Assembly (NCBI RefSeq): GCF_009914755.1
Contig: NC_060942.1
Strand: one strand, 5' to 3'
DNA: 64,000 nt
Source of the DNA: the human T2T-CHM13v2.0 reference genome, Homo sapiens
Every line of letters begins with the position of its first letter. The stretch's first letter is position 1. Shown in pieces: positions 13,761 through 31,052 of the stretch. Made by a program: the position numbers and the translations under genes. Under the pieces are notes generated by a model. The model saw only the letters and a program-made list of their open reading frames with translations. It ran no database searches and was not told the DNA's origin.

Positions 13761-15544
13761 CATTTCTGAGCTAGAGGACATTCTCCTAGCTGTAGTCTTT
13801 AGCTGTGTGACCTCATACAAGTTTGATACTTCACTTCTCCACTCTTCTTTTCTCCATCTGTAAAAAAAAATGCAAAGCTATCCCACAGAATTATTCTTAG
13901 TATTACTTTTTGTAGTTCGTGTTTATAAAAATGTATCAGTATATTTACCAGTCTCTTTGATAAACATTGTTACTTACATCCCACTCTTCTCCATTGTTTT
14001 CTTGTGACTGAGGTATATCATTTAGTGTTCTCTTGGGAAGAATCTGTGAGTTTTGCCTTTGAATGATATTTTCATTGGTTATTAACTCTTAAGCAGACAG
14101 TTCATTTACCTCAACTGTTAGAAGATGTTTATTTGCTGTATTCTGCTGATGCCGATGAGAAATCTGTCAGCAGACTATCATTCATGTATAAGCAATCCAT
14201 TTTTTCTCTAAGATTAAAGTGAGACAATTGGAATTAACATAATTTTAAGGTTCCTGTCTTATTTGTCTGGAGGACAGATATATTAACTTTAGACTTGTTA
14301 ATAAAATAATTTTAAGAAAGCCACTGAAATTACAGAATATATAACTATCAAACCAGTAGAGGGGGAGAGAAGTGGTAGATACAGAGAAAAAAAAAAACAG
14401 AGTAAATGGAAGCACAAAAGATGATAAAAATAATTCTAAATATGTCAGTAATCACTAAGTGGCGTAAACTCACCAGATACACACTGGAGACTACAAAATT
14501 GTTACTTTCTTAAATCCATCTGTTGGGTTCCAAGATAGCCAAATAGGAACAGCTCCAGTCTACAGCTCCCAGCATGAGCGACGCAGAAGACGCGTGATTT
14601 CTGCATTTCCAACTGAGGTACCGGGTTCATCTCACTGGGGAGTGTCGGACAGTGGGGGCAGGACAGCAGGTGCAGCCCACGGAGTGTGAGTCAAAGCAGG
14701 GTGAGGCATCACCTCACTCGGGAAGTGCAAGGGGTCAGGGAATTCCCTTTCCTAGCCAAGGGAAGTGGTGACGGACGGCACCTGGAAAATCGGGTCACTC
14801 CCACCCTAATACTGTGCTTTTCCATTGGTCTTAGCAAACGGCACACCAGGAGATTATATCCTGCGCCTGGCTCAGAGGGTCCCACACCCACGGAGCCTCA
14901 CTCATTGCTAGCACAGCAGTCTGAGATCGATCTGCAAGGCAGCAGCGAGGCTGGGGGAGGGGTGCCGGCCATTGCTGAGGCTTGAGTAGGTAAGGAAGCC
15001 GCCAGGAAGCTCGAACTGGGTGGAGCCCACCGCAGCTCAAGGAGTCCTGCCTATCTCTGTAGACTCCACCTCTGGGGGCAGGGCACAGCCAAACAAAAGG
15101 CAGCAGAACCCTCTGCAGACTTAAATGTCCCTGTCTGACAGCTTTGAAGTGAGTAGTGGTTCTCCCAGCACGGAGTTTGAGATCTGAGAACGGACAGACT
15201 GCCCCCTCAAGTGGGTCCCTAACCCCTGAGTAGCCTAACTGGGAGGCACCCTCCAGTAGGGGCAGACTGACACCTCACATGGCCGGGTACCTCTCTGAGA
15301 TGAAGCTTCCAGAGGAATGATCAGGCAGCAACATTTGCTGTTCAGCAATATTCACTGTTCTGCAGCCTCCACTGCTAATACCCAGGCAAACGGTCTGGAG
15401 TGGACCTCCAGCAAACTCCAACAGACGTGCAGCTGAGGGTCCTGACTGTTAGAAGGAAAACTAACAAACAGAAAGGACATCCACACCAAAACCCCATCTG
15501 TACATCCCCATCATCAAAGACCAAAGGTAGATAAAACCACAAAG

Positions 15545-16556
15545 ATGGGGAAAAAACAGAGCAGAAAAGCTGAAAATTCTAAAAATCAGAGCGCCTCTCC
15601 TCCTCCAAAGGAACGCAGCTCCTCACCAGCAACGGAACAAAGCAGGATGGAGAATGATTTTGATGGGTTGAGAGAAGAAGGCTTCAGAAGATCAAACTTC
15701 TCCAAGCTAAAGGAGGAAGTCCAAACCCATCTCAAAGAAGCTAAAAACCTTGAAAAAAGATTAGACGAATGGCTAACTAGAATAACCAATGTAGAGAAGT
15801 CCTTAAATGACCTGATGGAGCTGAAAAACACGGCATGAGAACTACGTGATGAATGCACAAGCTTCAGTAGCCGATTTGATCAACTGGAAGAAAGGGTATC
15901 AGTGATTGAAGATCCAATGACTGAAATGAAGTAAGAAGTTTAGAGAAAAAAGAGTAAAAAGAAAGGAACAAAGCCTCCAAGAAACATGGGACTATGTGAA
16001 AAGACCAAATCTACGTCTGATTGGTGTACCTGAAAGTGACAGGGAGAATGGAACCAAGTTGGAAAACACTTTGCAGGATATTATCCAGGAGAACTTCCCC
16101 AATCTAGCAAGGCATGCCAACATTCAAATTCAGGAAATACAGAGAACGCCACAGAGATACTCCTTGAGAAGAGCAACTCCAAGACACATAATTCTCAGAT
16201 TCACCAAAGTTGAAATGAAGGAAAAAATGTTAAGGGCAGCCAGAGGCAAAGGTCGGGTTACCCACAAAGGGAAGCCCATCAGACTAACAGCGGATCTCTT
16301 GGGAGAAACTCTACAAGCCAGAAGAGAGTGGAGGCCAATATTCAACATTCCTAAAGAAAAGAATTTTGAACCCAGAATTTCATATCCAGCCAAACTAAGC
16401 TTCATAAGCGAAGGAGAAATAAAATCTTTTACAGACAAGCAAATGCTGAGAGATTTTGTCACCACCAGGCCTGCCCTAAAAGAGCTCCTGAAGGAAGCGC
16501 TAAACATGGAAAGGAACAACCAGTACCAGCCATTGCAAAAACATGCCAAATTGTAA
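15545..16556 (+). pseudogene. L1 ORF1p, disrupted
   Basis: MGKKQSRKAENSKNQS...; premature TGA at 15836-15838 and a further lesion near 15931; C-terminal half RPNLRLIGVPE...QKHAKL is open. Confidence 0.95.
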
Positions 16557-16604
16557 AGACCATCGAGGCTAGGAAGAAACTGCATCAACTAACGAGCAAA
16601 ATAA

Positions 16605-20449
<3,845 letters not shown>

Positions 20450-20777
20450 GAACACTTGGACACAGGAAGGGGAACATCACACACCGGGGCCTGTCGTGGG
20501 GTCGGGGGAGCAGAGAGGGATAGCATTGGGAGATATACCAAATGTAAATGACGAGTTAATGGGTGCAGCACACCAACATGGCGCATGTATACATATGTAA
20601 CAAACCTGCACATTGTGCACATGTACCCTAGAACTTAAAGTATAATTTTAAAAATCCAGCTGTTAATCTGCTGTTAAGAAGACATTTAAACCTGAGAGCA
20701 CAGAAAAGTTACTATTATAGAAAAAAATACACTAGGCTGTCACTACCAAAATTAAACGCTGGTGGAGCTACACTAAT

Positions 20778-23000
20778 TGTCATAAGCAGAATTTGAAGAT
20801 GGCCCTAACATTTCCAGTCCCTAGTGTACACACACCTTTGTCCAGTTATGCAGTCAAACACAAATTTAGGTACTCCTGAAAAGGAATTTTGTAGATATCC
20901 TAAATCAGTTGACTGTAGATAAGGAAGTTATCCATGTGGGCCAGAAGAAGCCAGAGAGTCAAAGCATGAGGGAGATTTAATGCATAAAATGTTCCCCATT
21001 ACTAGCTTTAAAATGGAGAGGGCTATGTGGCAAGAAACTCTAGGAGCTGAGAGTGGTCCCTAATTACAGGCAGCAAGGAAATGGGGATTTCAGTCATACA
21101 ACCACAGGGAACTGAATTCTGCCACAACCACATGAACTTGGAAGAGGACCCAGAGCTCTAGCTGACAACACAGACCAGCCAATAACTGAATTTTTATCTT
21201 TATAAGACCCTGAGTCAAGGAACAAATAAGAAAATGTGGCCTATAGTCAAGAAAAGCAAAATATTCAAAATAGTACATCTAAACCAAATGGTCAATATAT
21301 ACATGAAGATACTCCACATCATTAGCCATCAGGGAAATGCAAATCAAAACCACGATGAGATACTTCTTCACACTCAGTAGGATGGCTAAAGTAAAAATGT
21401 CAGATAACAACTGGAGAAATCGGAATCCATATACACTGCTGGTGGAAATGTAAAATGGTATAGCCACTTTGGAAAACAGTCCAGCAGTTACTCAGTTAAA
21501 CATAGAGTTATCATATAATTTAGTAATTTCACTCCTAGGTATCTATCTTGGAGAAATAAAAATATATGTCCACACAAAAACTTGAATGCAAATGTTTATA
21601 GCAGTATTATTTATTATAGTTAAGGATGGAAACAACCCAATGTCCATCAACAGACAAATGGATAAACAAAATGTGGCATATCTAATTAAATATTATTTGG
21701 CAATATAAAAGAATGAAGTTCAGATGCATACTACATCAATGAACCTTGAAAACATTTTGCTAAGTGAAAAAAAGCCAGACACAAAAGATCACATATTATA
21801 TGATTTAATTTGTATTAAATGTCCAGAATAGGTAAATCTATGGAGATGGAAAGTAGATTAGTGTTGCCTAGGGATTGGGGAAAAAATTAGGAGTGATAAC
21901 TATAGGGTTTCTTTCTGATGTGATGAAAATGTTCTAAAAATGAACGTGGTTGTGCTTGTATATATCTGTAAATATACTAAAAGTCGTTGAATTGTACATG
22001 TTAAACGAGTGAATTACATTATATTAAATATTTCCTGTAAGGCTATTATTTTTTTTAAATGAATTAAATGGAGGTCCTAAACCGAAAACTATATAATAAC
22101 TGAAATGAAAAATTCAGTAAATGAGCACAATAGCATTTTGGATATGGCAACTGAAAGAGTCAGTGAATGTGAACGTAGGTCAATAGAAATTATACACTGT
22201 GAAGAGCAGAGATAAAAAGTATATGACACAAAGTCACTGAAAGTAAAAGAATGGAAAAATAAACATGATGAAAATGGGAACTGATATGACAATATTAATA
22301 TTAGACAAAGTAGGATTCAAGATAAAGAATATTACAAAGGATACAGCAGGAAATTTCACAATGATAAAAAGAACAATTCATCAGGAAGACCTAACAATCT
22401 AAATATCTATGTAGACTGGACATGGTAGCTCATGCCTGTAATACCAGCACTTTGGGAAGCTAAGACAAGAGGATTATTTGATTCAAGGAGTTCAAGAGCA
22501 GCCTGGGCAACACAGTGAGACCATATCTCTACAAAAATTTAAAAATTAGACAGGCATGGTGGCACATACCTGTAGTCATAGCTACTCAGGAGGATCACTT
22601 AATGCACAGGAATTTGAGGTTACAGCGAGCTATGATCATGCCACTGCACTCCAGCTTGGGCAACAGAGTGATGCCTTGTCTCAAAAAATAAAATAAATAC
22701 GTATGTACTTAAGAAGAACATCAAAATTCATTGGGCAAATATTAATAGAAATACAGGAAGGAATATTAATAGGCAAATCTACAAATAATATTAGAGATTA
22801 TAATAGCTCTATCTCATTAACTGATAACAATTAGGCAAAAAAGTCGGCAAGGAAATAAATGATCAATAATATTTACCTAATTAATATTTATAAAACACTC
22901 AGCCAACAACTGCAGAATGTGCATTCTACTCAAACGTACATAGTAAATTCACTAAGGTAAAATACTCATATATACTAAGCTATACATTCTCAATAAAAAG
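20778..23000 (+). mobile_element. Stack of older repeats: MLT1 LTR (~20778-21220), L1MB 3' end (~21285-22050), L1M with AluJ (22416-22697)
   Basis: Recognisable MLT1, L1 3'UTR and Alu consensus fragments. Confidence 0.7.
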
Positions 23001-23002
23001 TT

Positions 23003-24540
23003 TCTACTTTAAACTTCATATGGAACCGAAAAAGAGCCTGCATAGCCAAGACAATCCTAAGCCAAAAGAACAAAGCTGGAGGCATCATGCTACCTGACTT
23101 CAAACTATACTACGAGGCTACAGTAACCAAAACAGCATGGTACTAGTGTCAAAACAGCATGGTACTACTATCAAAACAGATATATAGACCAATGGAACAG
23201 AACAGAAACCTCAGAAATTAACACCACACATCTACAACCATCAGATCTTTGACAAACCTGACACAAACAAGCAATGGGGGAAAGATCCCCTATTTAATAA
23301 ATGGTGTTGGGAAAACTGGCTAGCCATATGCAGAAAACTGAAACTGGACCCCTTCCTTAAATCTTATAGAAAAATTAACTCAAGATGGATTAAAGACTTA
23401 AACATAAGACCTAAAACCATAAAAATCCTAGAAGAAAACCTGGGCAATACCATTCAGGACATAGGCATGGGCAAGGACTTCATGTCTAAAACACCAAAAG
23501 CACTGGAAACAAAAGCCAAAACTGACAAATGGGATCTAATTAAACTAAAGAGCTTCTGCACAGCAAAAGAAACTATCATCAGAGGGAACACGTAACCTAC
23601 AGAATGGGAGAAAATTTTTGCAATCTATCCATCTGACAAAAGGCTAATTTTAATCCAGAATCTACAAAGAACTTAAACACATTTCCAAGAAAAAAATAAC
23701 CCCATCAAAAAGTGGGCAAAGGATATGAACAGACACTTCTCAAAAGAAGACATTTATGCAGCCAACAAAGATATGAAAAAATGCCCATCATCACTTGTCA
23801 TTACAGAAATGCAAATCAAAACCACAATGAGATACCATCTCACACCAGTTAGAATAGCAATCATTAAAAAGTCAGGAAACAACAGATGCTGGAGAGGATG
23901 TGAAGAAACAGGATCGCTTTTACACCATTGGTGGGAGTGTAAATTAGTTCAACCATTATGGAAGACAGTGTGGCAATTCCTCAAGGATCTAGAACTAGAA
24001 ACACCATTTGACTCAGCAATCCCATTACTGGGTATATACCCAAAGGATTATAAATCATTCTACTATAAAGACACATGCACACGTATGTTTACTGTGGCAC
24101 TATTCACAATAGCAAAGACTTGGAACCAACCCAAATGTCCATCAATGATAGACTGGATAAAGAAAATGTGGCACATACACACCATGGAATACTATGCAGC
24201 CATAAAAAGGATGAGTTCGTGTCCTTTGCAGGGACATGGATGAAGCTGGAAACCACCATTCTCAGCAAACTATCACAAGAACAGAAAACCAAACACCTCA
24301 TGTTCTCACTCATAAGTGGGAGTTGAACAATGAGAACACATGGACACAAAGAGGGGAACATCATACACCGGGGCCTGTCGGGGGGTGGGGGGCTAGGGGA
24401 GGAATAGCATTAGGAGAATTACCTAATGTAGGTGACGGGTTGATGCAGCAAATCACCATGCCATGTGTATACCTATGTTTCAAAACTGCATGTTCTACAC
24501 ATGTACCCCAGAACTTAAAGTATTATTAAAAAAAAAAAAA
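23003..24540 (+). mobile_element. 5'-truncated L1PA7-like element
   Basis: ORF2 C-terminus ([14 protein letters not shown]..., CWRGC), 3'UTR ggggctaggggaggaatagcattaggag, poly-A tail; probable TSD aaaaagtt. Confidence 0.9.
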
Positions 24541-24789
24541 GTTAAAAAGCGTAAGATGTTATACAATGGAATTAAATTAGAAATTAATCATAAGATATCT
24601 AGAAAATCTACAAATATCTGGAAATTAAATAACACAATTCTACTTAATACTGGGGTCAAAAAAAACTCACAAGAGAAATTATAACATATTTTTGGTGTGC
24701 CCTGCCCATGCCCTTCTGCTGCTTTTTCCAGGAGCAGGGAAGGAGTGGAGACAAAGGCTGATGAGGGTCTAATCTAAATTTAATCTCTT

Positions 24790-25980
<1,191 letters not shown>

Positions 25981-26199
25981 TTCAGGGATGGAAAGAGTGC
26001 CAAGGTTACTGTATAAAAAAGCATTCAGGATGGGAGATATTGTTGCTGGCATTTCTAGAAAATACAGCCTGGAGTCTGGCATAGGTTACCTGGAAAAGGC
26101 GGATCTTGAGCATGACAGGATTTAGATAAGGAAGAAGCAAGAAAAGATATTTTTAGTGTATACTGCTGCACTCTGTCATTTAGAGTTTAAAAGAATGCA

Positions 26200-26870
26200 G
26201 CATTTTTATTTAGTCAAAATACGTAACCAGAATAAAAGGTATGGAGGATAGGCTACTTCAATTTCAAATAGTAAAACTTCCTCAAAAGATCTGATATTTG
26301 TATCTTTATCCCAAAACTTGCCACCTCTAGTAATTGCCCACATCTCTTTAACCTCCACTTTTCTCCTCTTCTCTGCAGCTCTATACATCAATCTGTCTCT
26401 CTTTTCTTTCTTATAAGAAACAAAGTAGTACATTCTTAACTTCTCCCAACTTCTTCTGTTATCAGTTCAGAAAAATAGAAGGATTATATTGTGACTGTTT
26501 ATTCTACGAATGTTAGGAAAAGATACATGTTCCACATGATATGCGAAGAAACCAGAGGGAAGAGCAGGTGTTTTCAAATAGAAAGAGTAAATAAGATATC
26601 TTAAATTTTCACTGAGTTTCAGTGTATGGCAATATATTTCTACCTATATGTGCCCAATTAAGTGCACTTATGGATTACTAAATTCACTCTCACACAATGG
26701 CTTTAAAAGGCAAAGAAAAGGCAAATTGAAGGTAATGGAACAATGCACACACAATACCAAACAAGAAAATAGCACAATCTCCATCAGCCCCATTTTTATT
26801 TAAAAACAGTAACAATATAATCAAGTCTGGAAAGAAGCTAATCAAAATAATTTAAAATTATTTTTTAAAC
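26200..26870 (-). pseudogene. Dynein fossil segment: AAA1
   Basis: LFGIVCALFHY; SALNWAHIGRNILPY (NSLAQALGRQLVML); SCGTCIF..NIRRINS (G.W..F....RI motif); no intact Walker A seen. Confidence 0.55.
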
Positions 26871-27439
26871 TATTTGAAAAAATTGCAATTATCAGTAACA
26901 ATGAACTTTATTATTCATTGAACTAAGATGTAATTGTGTACATGTGTATAATATATGAATGAATAAATAAATAAATAAATAAAGATCAACAATCAAAAAA
27001 GGTTTAGAGCCCGCTTACAACACTGAAAGTGCTGTTCTCTCCACCTCTCTCACTCTACCCTACCCCCTGGTTAGATACTGCTCTTGCAAATGTCAGGCTC
27101 CCACCTTGAGCTCCTACCCAGATCTCTTGAGTTCCTGAAGTTTCTCTGGTCCCTCTTTTCCAAGGTACAGGTGCCTGGAGGAATCCTGGCCTTGGGTATC
27201 AACTGAATGACTTGATCCTGTTTTTCTTTGCCTCAATTTTGGATAGATTTCCTGAGTTTGCATCTCATATTCTGGTCCTTCCTCTCAACCTCCCATCTTG
27301 ACCAAAACTCATCTTCTAGGGTGAATATGGCCCATTATTTGGATATCATGCCCACTTGGCTGTCTTCTTGGTACCTAAGAAAGAGCCCAACAGCTGTGGG
27401 GCTGAAACAGAACTAAGACCAGGACAGAGAATGCCAATA

Positions 27440-28965
27440 CCTACAGTTCTAACGAGTCATTTACAATACTTTGTTCTAAGTATAAAGTTCTTAAAATCCA
27501 AAGTTAAGAAAAAAAATTTTTATAGGTAATTTTTAAAAACAGTAACACAGCATTTCATGGAAATACCAAGAACCAACTATCCAGTACCAAGTACATTTCC
27601 AATATAATGATACATTTACAGTGATACCATTTTAAATTGATAAACATTGTATGTATTTTTGGTGTACAACATGATGTTTTGATGTATGTACATATTGTGT
27701 AATGATTAAATCAAGCCATTTACTTCACATACCATTTTTTGGTGATAAGAACACTTAAAGTCTACTCTCAGCAATTTTCAAATATCCAGTCTATCGTTAT
27801 TAATGATAATCACCATGAGGTAAAACAGATCACATGATAATCACCACGAGGTAAAATAGAACATATTCCTCTTGTCTAACTGAAATTTTGTGCCCTTTAA
27901 GCAACATCTCCATAATACTCCTACCCTTCTACAGTGATGCTTTTTGAGTCACATACTCCGTTAGTCTATTGAGTTTCTTGAAAATAATGACCATGGCCCA
28001 TGCAACTTTGTTTCCCCAGACCTGGCCTTGAAAATTACGATTAATATTATTTTAGTTATTGTTACTACTTTTAAAACACTTACTATGTGTCAAGCTCTTG
28101 CTAAGCATATCGCAAATATTATCCCGTTTAATCCTTGTAATAATCTTATCATTCCTTTTTACAGATGAAGAAACTACACTCAGAAGCCCAATAACTTACC
28201 TAAGATCTTACAATTAGTACATGGTTGAACTGGGATTTTAACTCAGGTCTTTCTCATTTTGAAATTCAAACTCTTAATACGACTACTCTAATACTGAGCG
28301 GGGAAAGTGGGGTAGGGAGATATATAAAAGTTTGCCACTACTTTCCAGGCCAGAAGTAATAGCATGTTCCTACTTAGAAAATGTGACCTCCAGCCATGTT
28401 TCCAGCCAATTATGACTTCTCTGGCATTAAAGACACTGATCACGACACTCTCAGACGAAGGAAATCTCTAAAATATGTCACAGAAAATTTTCAATAAGTT
28501 ATAGTGACACATGTATCCAGTGAATGAAATATAAAATACTAACTTTTGTAAATGTAGCTGAGGTTACTTTTCCTTGTGAGTCTAATTACTGCTGGCACAT
28601 AAAATGAAGCTATTTGCAAATTCATATCTCTTAATTTGGCACAAGGCAGTAACTTAAAGAAAAAAACTATAGGTAGGCAAAAAAAAAAAAAAAAATCACT
28701 GCTTACAGCAGCACACAGGACCAAAGAGTGATGCAATTTTCACTACATGTCTTCTCAAGTTGGAGAATTCATTAGCACCTGTATAGTACTTGGGTAATTT
28801 CAGACAAAGCAAGTTGCACATTTAACCATAAGTTCATCTTGCTTTGTAGTTCTCTGGCTTCATATTAGAAGTTTAAGTATACCAATTACTTCATCATTAA
28901 ATACAGATATAAAATAACCATTTCAAGTTATTTTTCTTTTAAGTTTTGATCAATCATAGCATTTT
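27440..28965 (-). pseudogene. Dynein fossil segments: C-terminal linker, interrupted by MIR and L1MA
   Basis: Acceptor at 28966; NDEVIGIL (SDSELVALL); LW..EITQVLY (LWVRRCFPHVHAVSF); DIF*RFP..AREVI (DLVQAFPWQCVLVAEEVV); KKLNRLTEYV (RKLEVLVNFM); TLDF..RTKY (LTDFHWVRQLKY). Confidence 0.65.
27630..27928 (-). mobile_element. L1MA-type 3' end fragment
   Basis: ggtgtacaacatgatgttttga...aagtctactctcagcaattttcaa; TSD acagtgatac/acagtgatgc. Confidence 0.8.
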
Positions 28966-29059
28966 CTAAGTAATACATTCTTTTCTAAGTATACATTCTT
29001 AAGAGTATATTCTACTATTGAAATTGGTTTTAGCCACTAAAATTAGAAAATATACCATA

Positions 29060-30182
29060 ATGCTCTTTCCTTTTCTATTCTAAATAAATTTTAATTTACA
29101 ATTTCTTTTTACAAAAATAAACAAAATGTATTTATTTAATATACATCACAAGAGCTCAATCAGAGACTTAATTTTAAAAACAGAAATGGGCAAAATGTCA
29201 TGGCTCATGCCTGTAATCCCAGCACTTTGGGAGGACAAGGTAAGAGAATCTCTTGATCCCTGGAGTTCCAGGACAGCCTGGATAATACAGGGAGACCCCA
29301 TATCTACAAAAAAAAATTAAAAATTAGCCTGGCACTGTGGCTTACACCTGTGGTTCCAGCTGCTCAGGAGGCTGAGGTGGCAGGATTGATTGAGCCTAGG
29401 AGATCGAGGCTACAGTGAGCCGTGATCATGCCATTGCACTCCAGCCTGTTAGAGCAAGACCCTGTCTCAAAAATAAAATAAAAAATAAAAAACAGAAACA
29501 AAACAAAAATAACACCACAGCTCAAGATACAGAGTCCTATACAGAAATCAAGCAAAAACAGACCATCTAAGGGAAAAATGAAGAGACAACACAAGGAGAG
29601 GTTGGGCAGCCCGAGTTAGGGCTCCTTCCTGGAGACGTGCTTTGAGTAGATTTCTTGCAGATATTTCTTAAAAGCTGTGGAGTTTTTCTAGAGCTCAGCA
29701 GCATGTGTGTTCAAAAGGCTATTGATGTTGAGTTCTACTAGCAGGCTGTGGATGGAGTGCAGGGTGTTCTTGACATCATACAGGGCAGACCACTCGTCCT
29801 TCAGGATGTCCAGACAGGTGTTAACACTGGGCGTCCACGTTGAGATAGTAGCAGGGCGTGAGGAACTTAACCAAGGGCATGTTGTATGGGTAGCCACTGG
29901 GGAACTCCAGGGAAACCTTACATCTCAGGTCTTCTGTGCCAGCTGCTTCAGGGATGGTCCTACTGATTTCAAAAGGTTGTCTGATGCAGGTAAGGCAGAA
30001 ATTCCTTTGTTGCCAGAGATCACAAGGGTCTTCAGCTCTTGCTGTATCCTGCCGTACCCACTGCTGCACTCTGCTCCTTTATGGGCAGCAATGCTGGTGG
30101 CAGCTGTGTTGCAGTTTTGGCAGGCCATCCAGGCAGCACTGGCAGGGAGACAGGAACTCAGAGAGCATGACTGCAACTGCCT
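29060..30182 (-). pseudogene. UBE2CP2: Processed pseudogene of ubiquitin-conjugating enzyme E2 C (UBE2C)
   Basis: Intronless. ATG at 30128: [60 protein letters not shown]; frameshifted; ends KEP* at 29616. 5'UTR and 3'UTR with AATAAA (~29131-29136) retained. Symbol assigned from recalled locus context. Confidence 0.92.
29188..29490 (+). mobile_element. AluJ inserted in the UBE2C pseudogene 3'UTR
   Basis: Diverged Alu; TSD taaaaacagaaa on both sides. Confidence 0.9.
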
Positions 30183-30550
30183 ACTTTTTTTTTTAATGGT
30201 AGATGAAATGCTTAAGTGGACTAGCCAGCTCCTAATTGTCTCATTTCACTGAAAACTGTTTCTAGTCAACAAGGATGGATCCCATCAGCCTTACTGTATG
30301 AGAAAACCTGATCCCTGGCCAAAAGTGAGTGTTCTGAAGTGGATACATAATCTAACCACTGTTAATCTGATTCTTCCTCCTGGAGATGTGGAATTGAGAC
30401 CCAATTCTAATCAGCTAAGGCTGCTTGCTTAAACTAATTTGCTTCAGGGAGAACGTCCCCCCCCCCGCCGCCCCCGCTCCGAACCATAAACACTGTGAAG
30501 CAAAAGTAACATGGGCAAATATGTATTATCTTAACAAAAACTACCAGCAC

Positions 30551-31052
30551 TATAGGCTGAATTACGTCCCTGCCCCAAAAATTCTTATGTAGAAGTCCTA
30601 GCCCTTAGTACCTCAGAATGTAACTGAATTTAGAGATAGGGTCATTTTTTAAACTTCTTCACATCAGGTAATGTGCAGACTGGTATCAAGGTCTGAGGGA
30701 GGCACACCTCACACAATAATGTGAAAACACAATCATTACTTTATGAAACACAAAAGAACCTAGGTTCTTTACAGAGGTAATTAAAGTGAAGTCATTAGGA
30801 TGGGCCCTAATCCAACATGACCAGTGTCCTTACTAAGATGTGGAAATGTGGACACACACACATACAGGGGGAAGGAAATGTGAAGGGGCAGGGAGATCAT
30901 TTCCATCTACAAACCAAGAAGAAGCCTGGAACAGATCCTTCCTTCACGGCCCTCAGAAGAAGACAACCCTGCTGATAACCTAATCTCAGACTTTTAACCT
31001 CCAGAACTGTGAGAAAATAAATTTGCTAGTTAGCCCTAGCAAACTAACACAA
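30551..31052 (+). mobile_element. MLT1A/B-type MaLR LTR split by a U13 retrocopy
   Basis: tataggctgaaattacgtccc...cctcagaatgtaactg..., cagaactgtgagaaaataaattt...gcaaactaacaca. Confidence 0.8.
30658..30759 (-). pseudogene. U13 (SNORD13) snoRNA retrocopy
   Basis: Reverse complement ttcttttgtgtttcataaagtaatgattgtgttttcac..tgtgtgaggtgtgcctccctcagaccttg..gcacattacctg matches U13; short A-tail; TSD-like tagggtc/taggttc. Confidence 0.85.

Noticed and set aside
29707-30252. 181-aa plus-strand ORF
   Set aside because: Antisense shadow of the UBE2C processed pseudogene.
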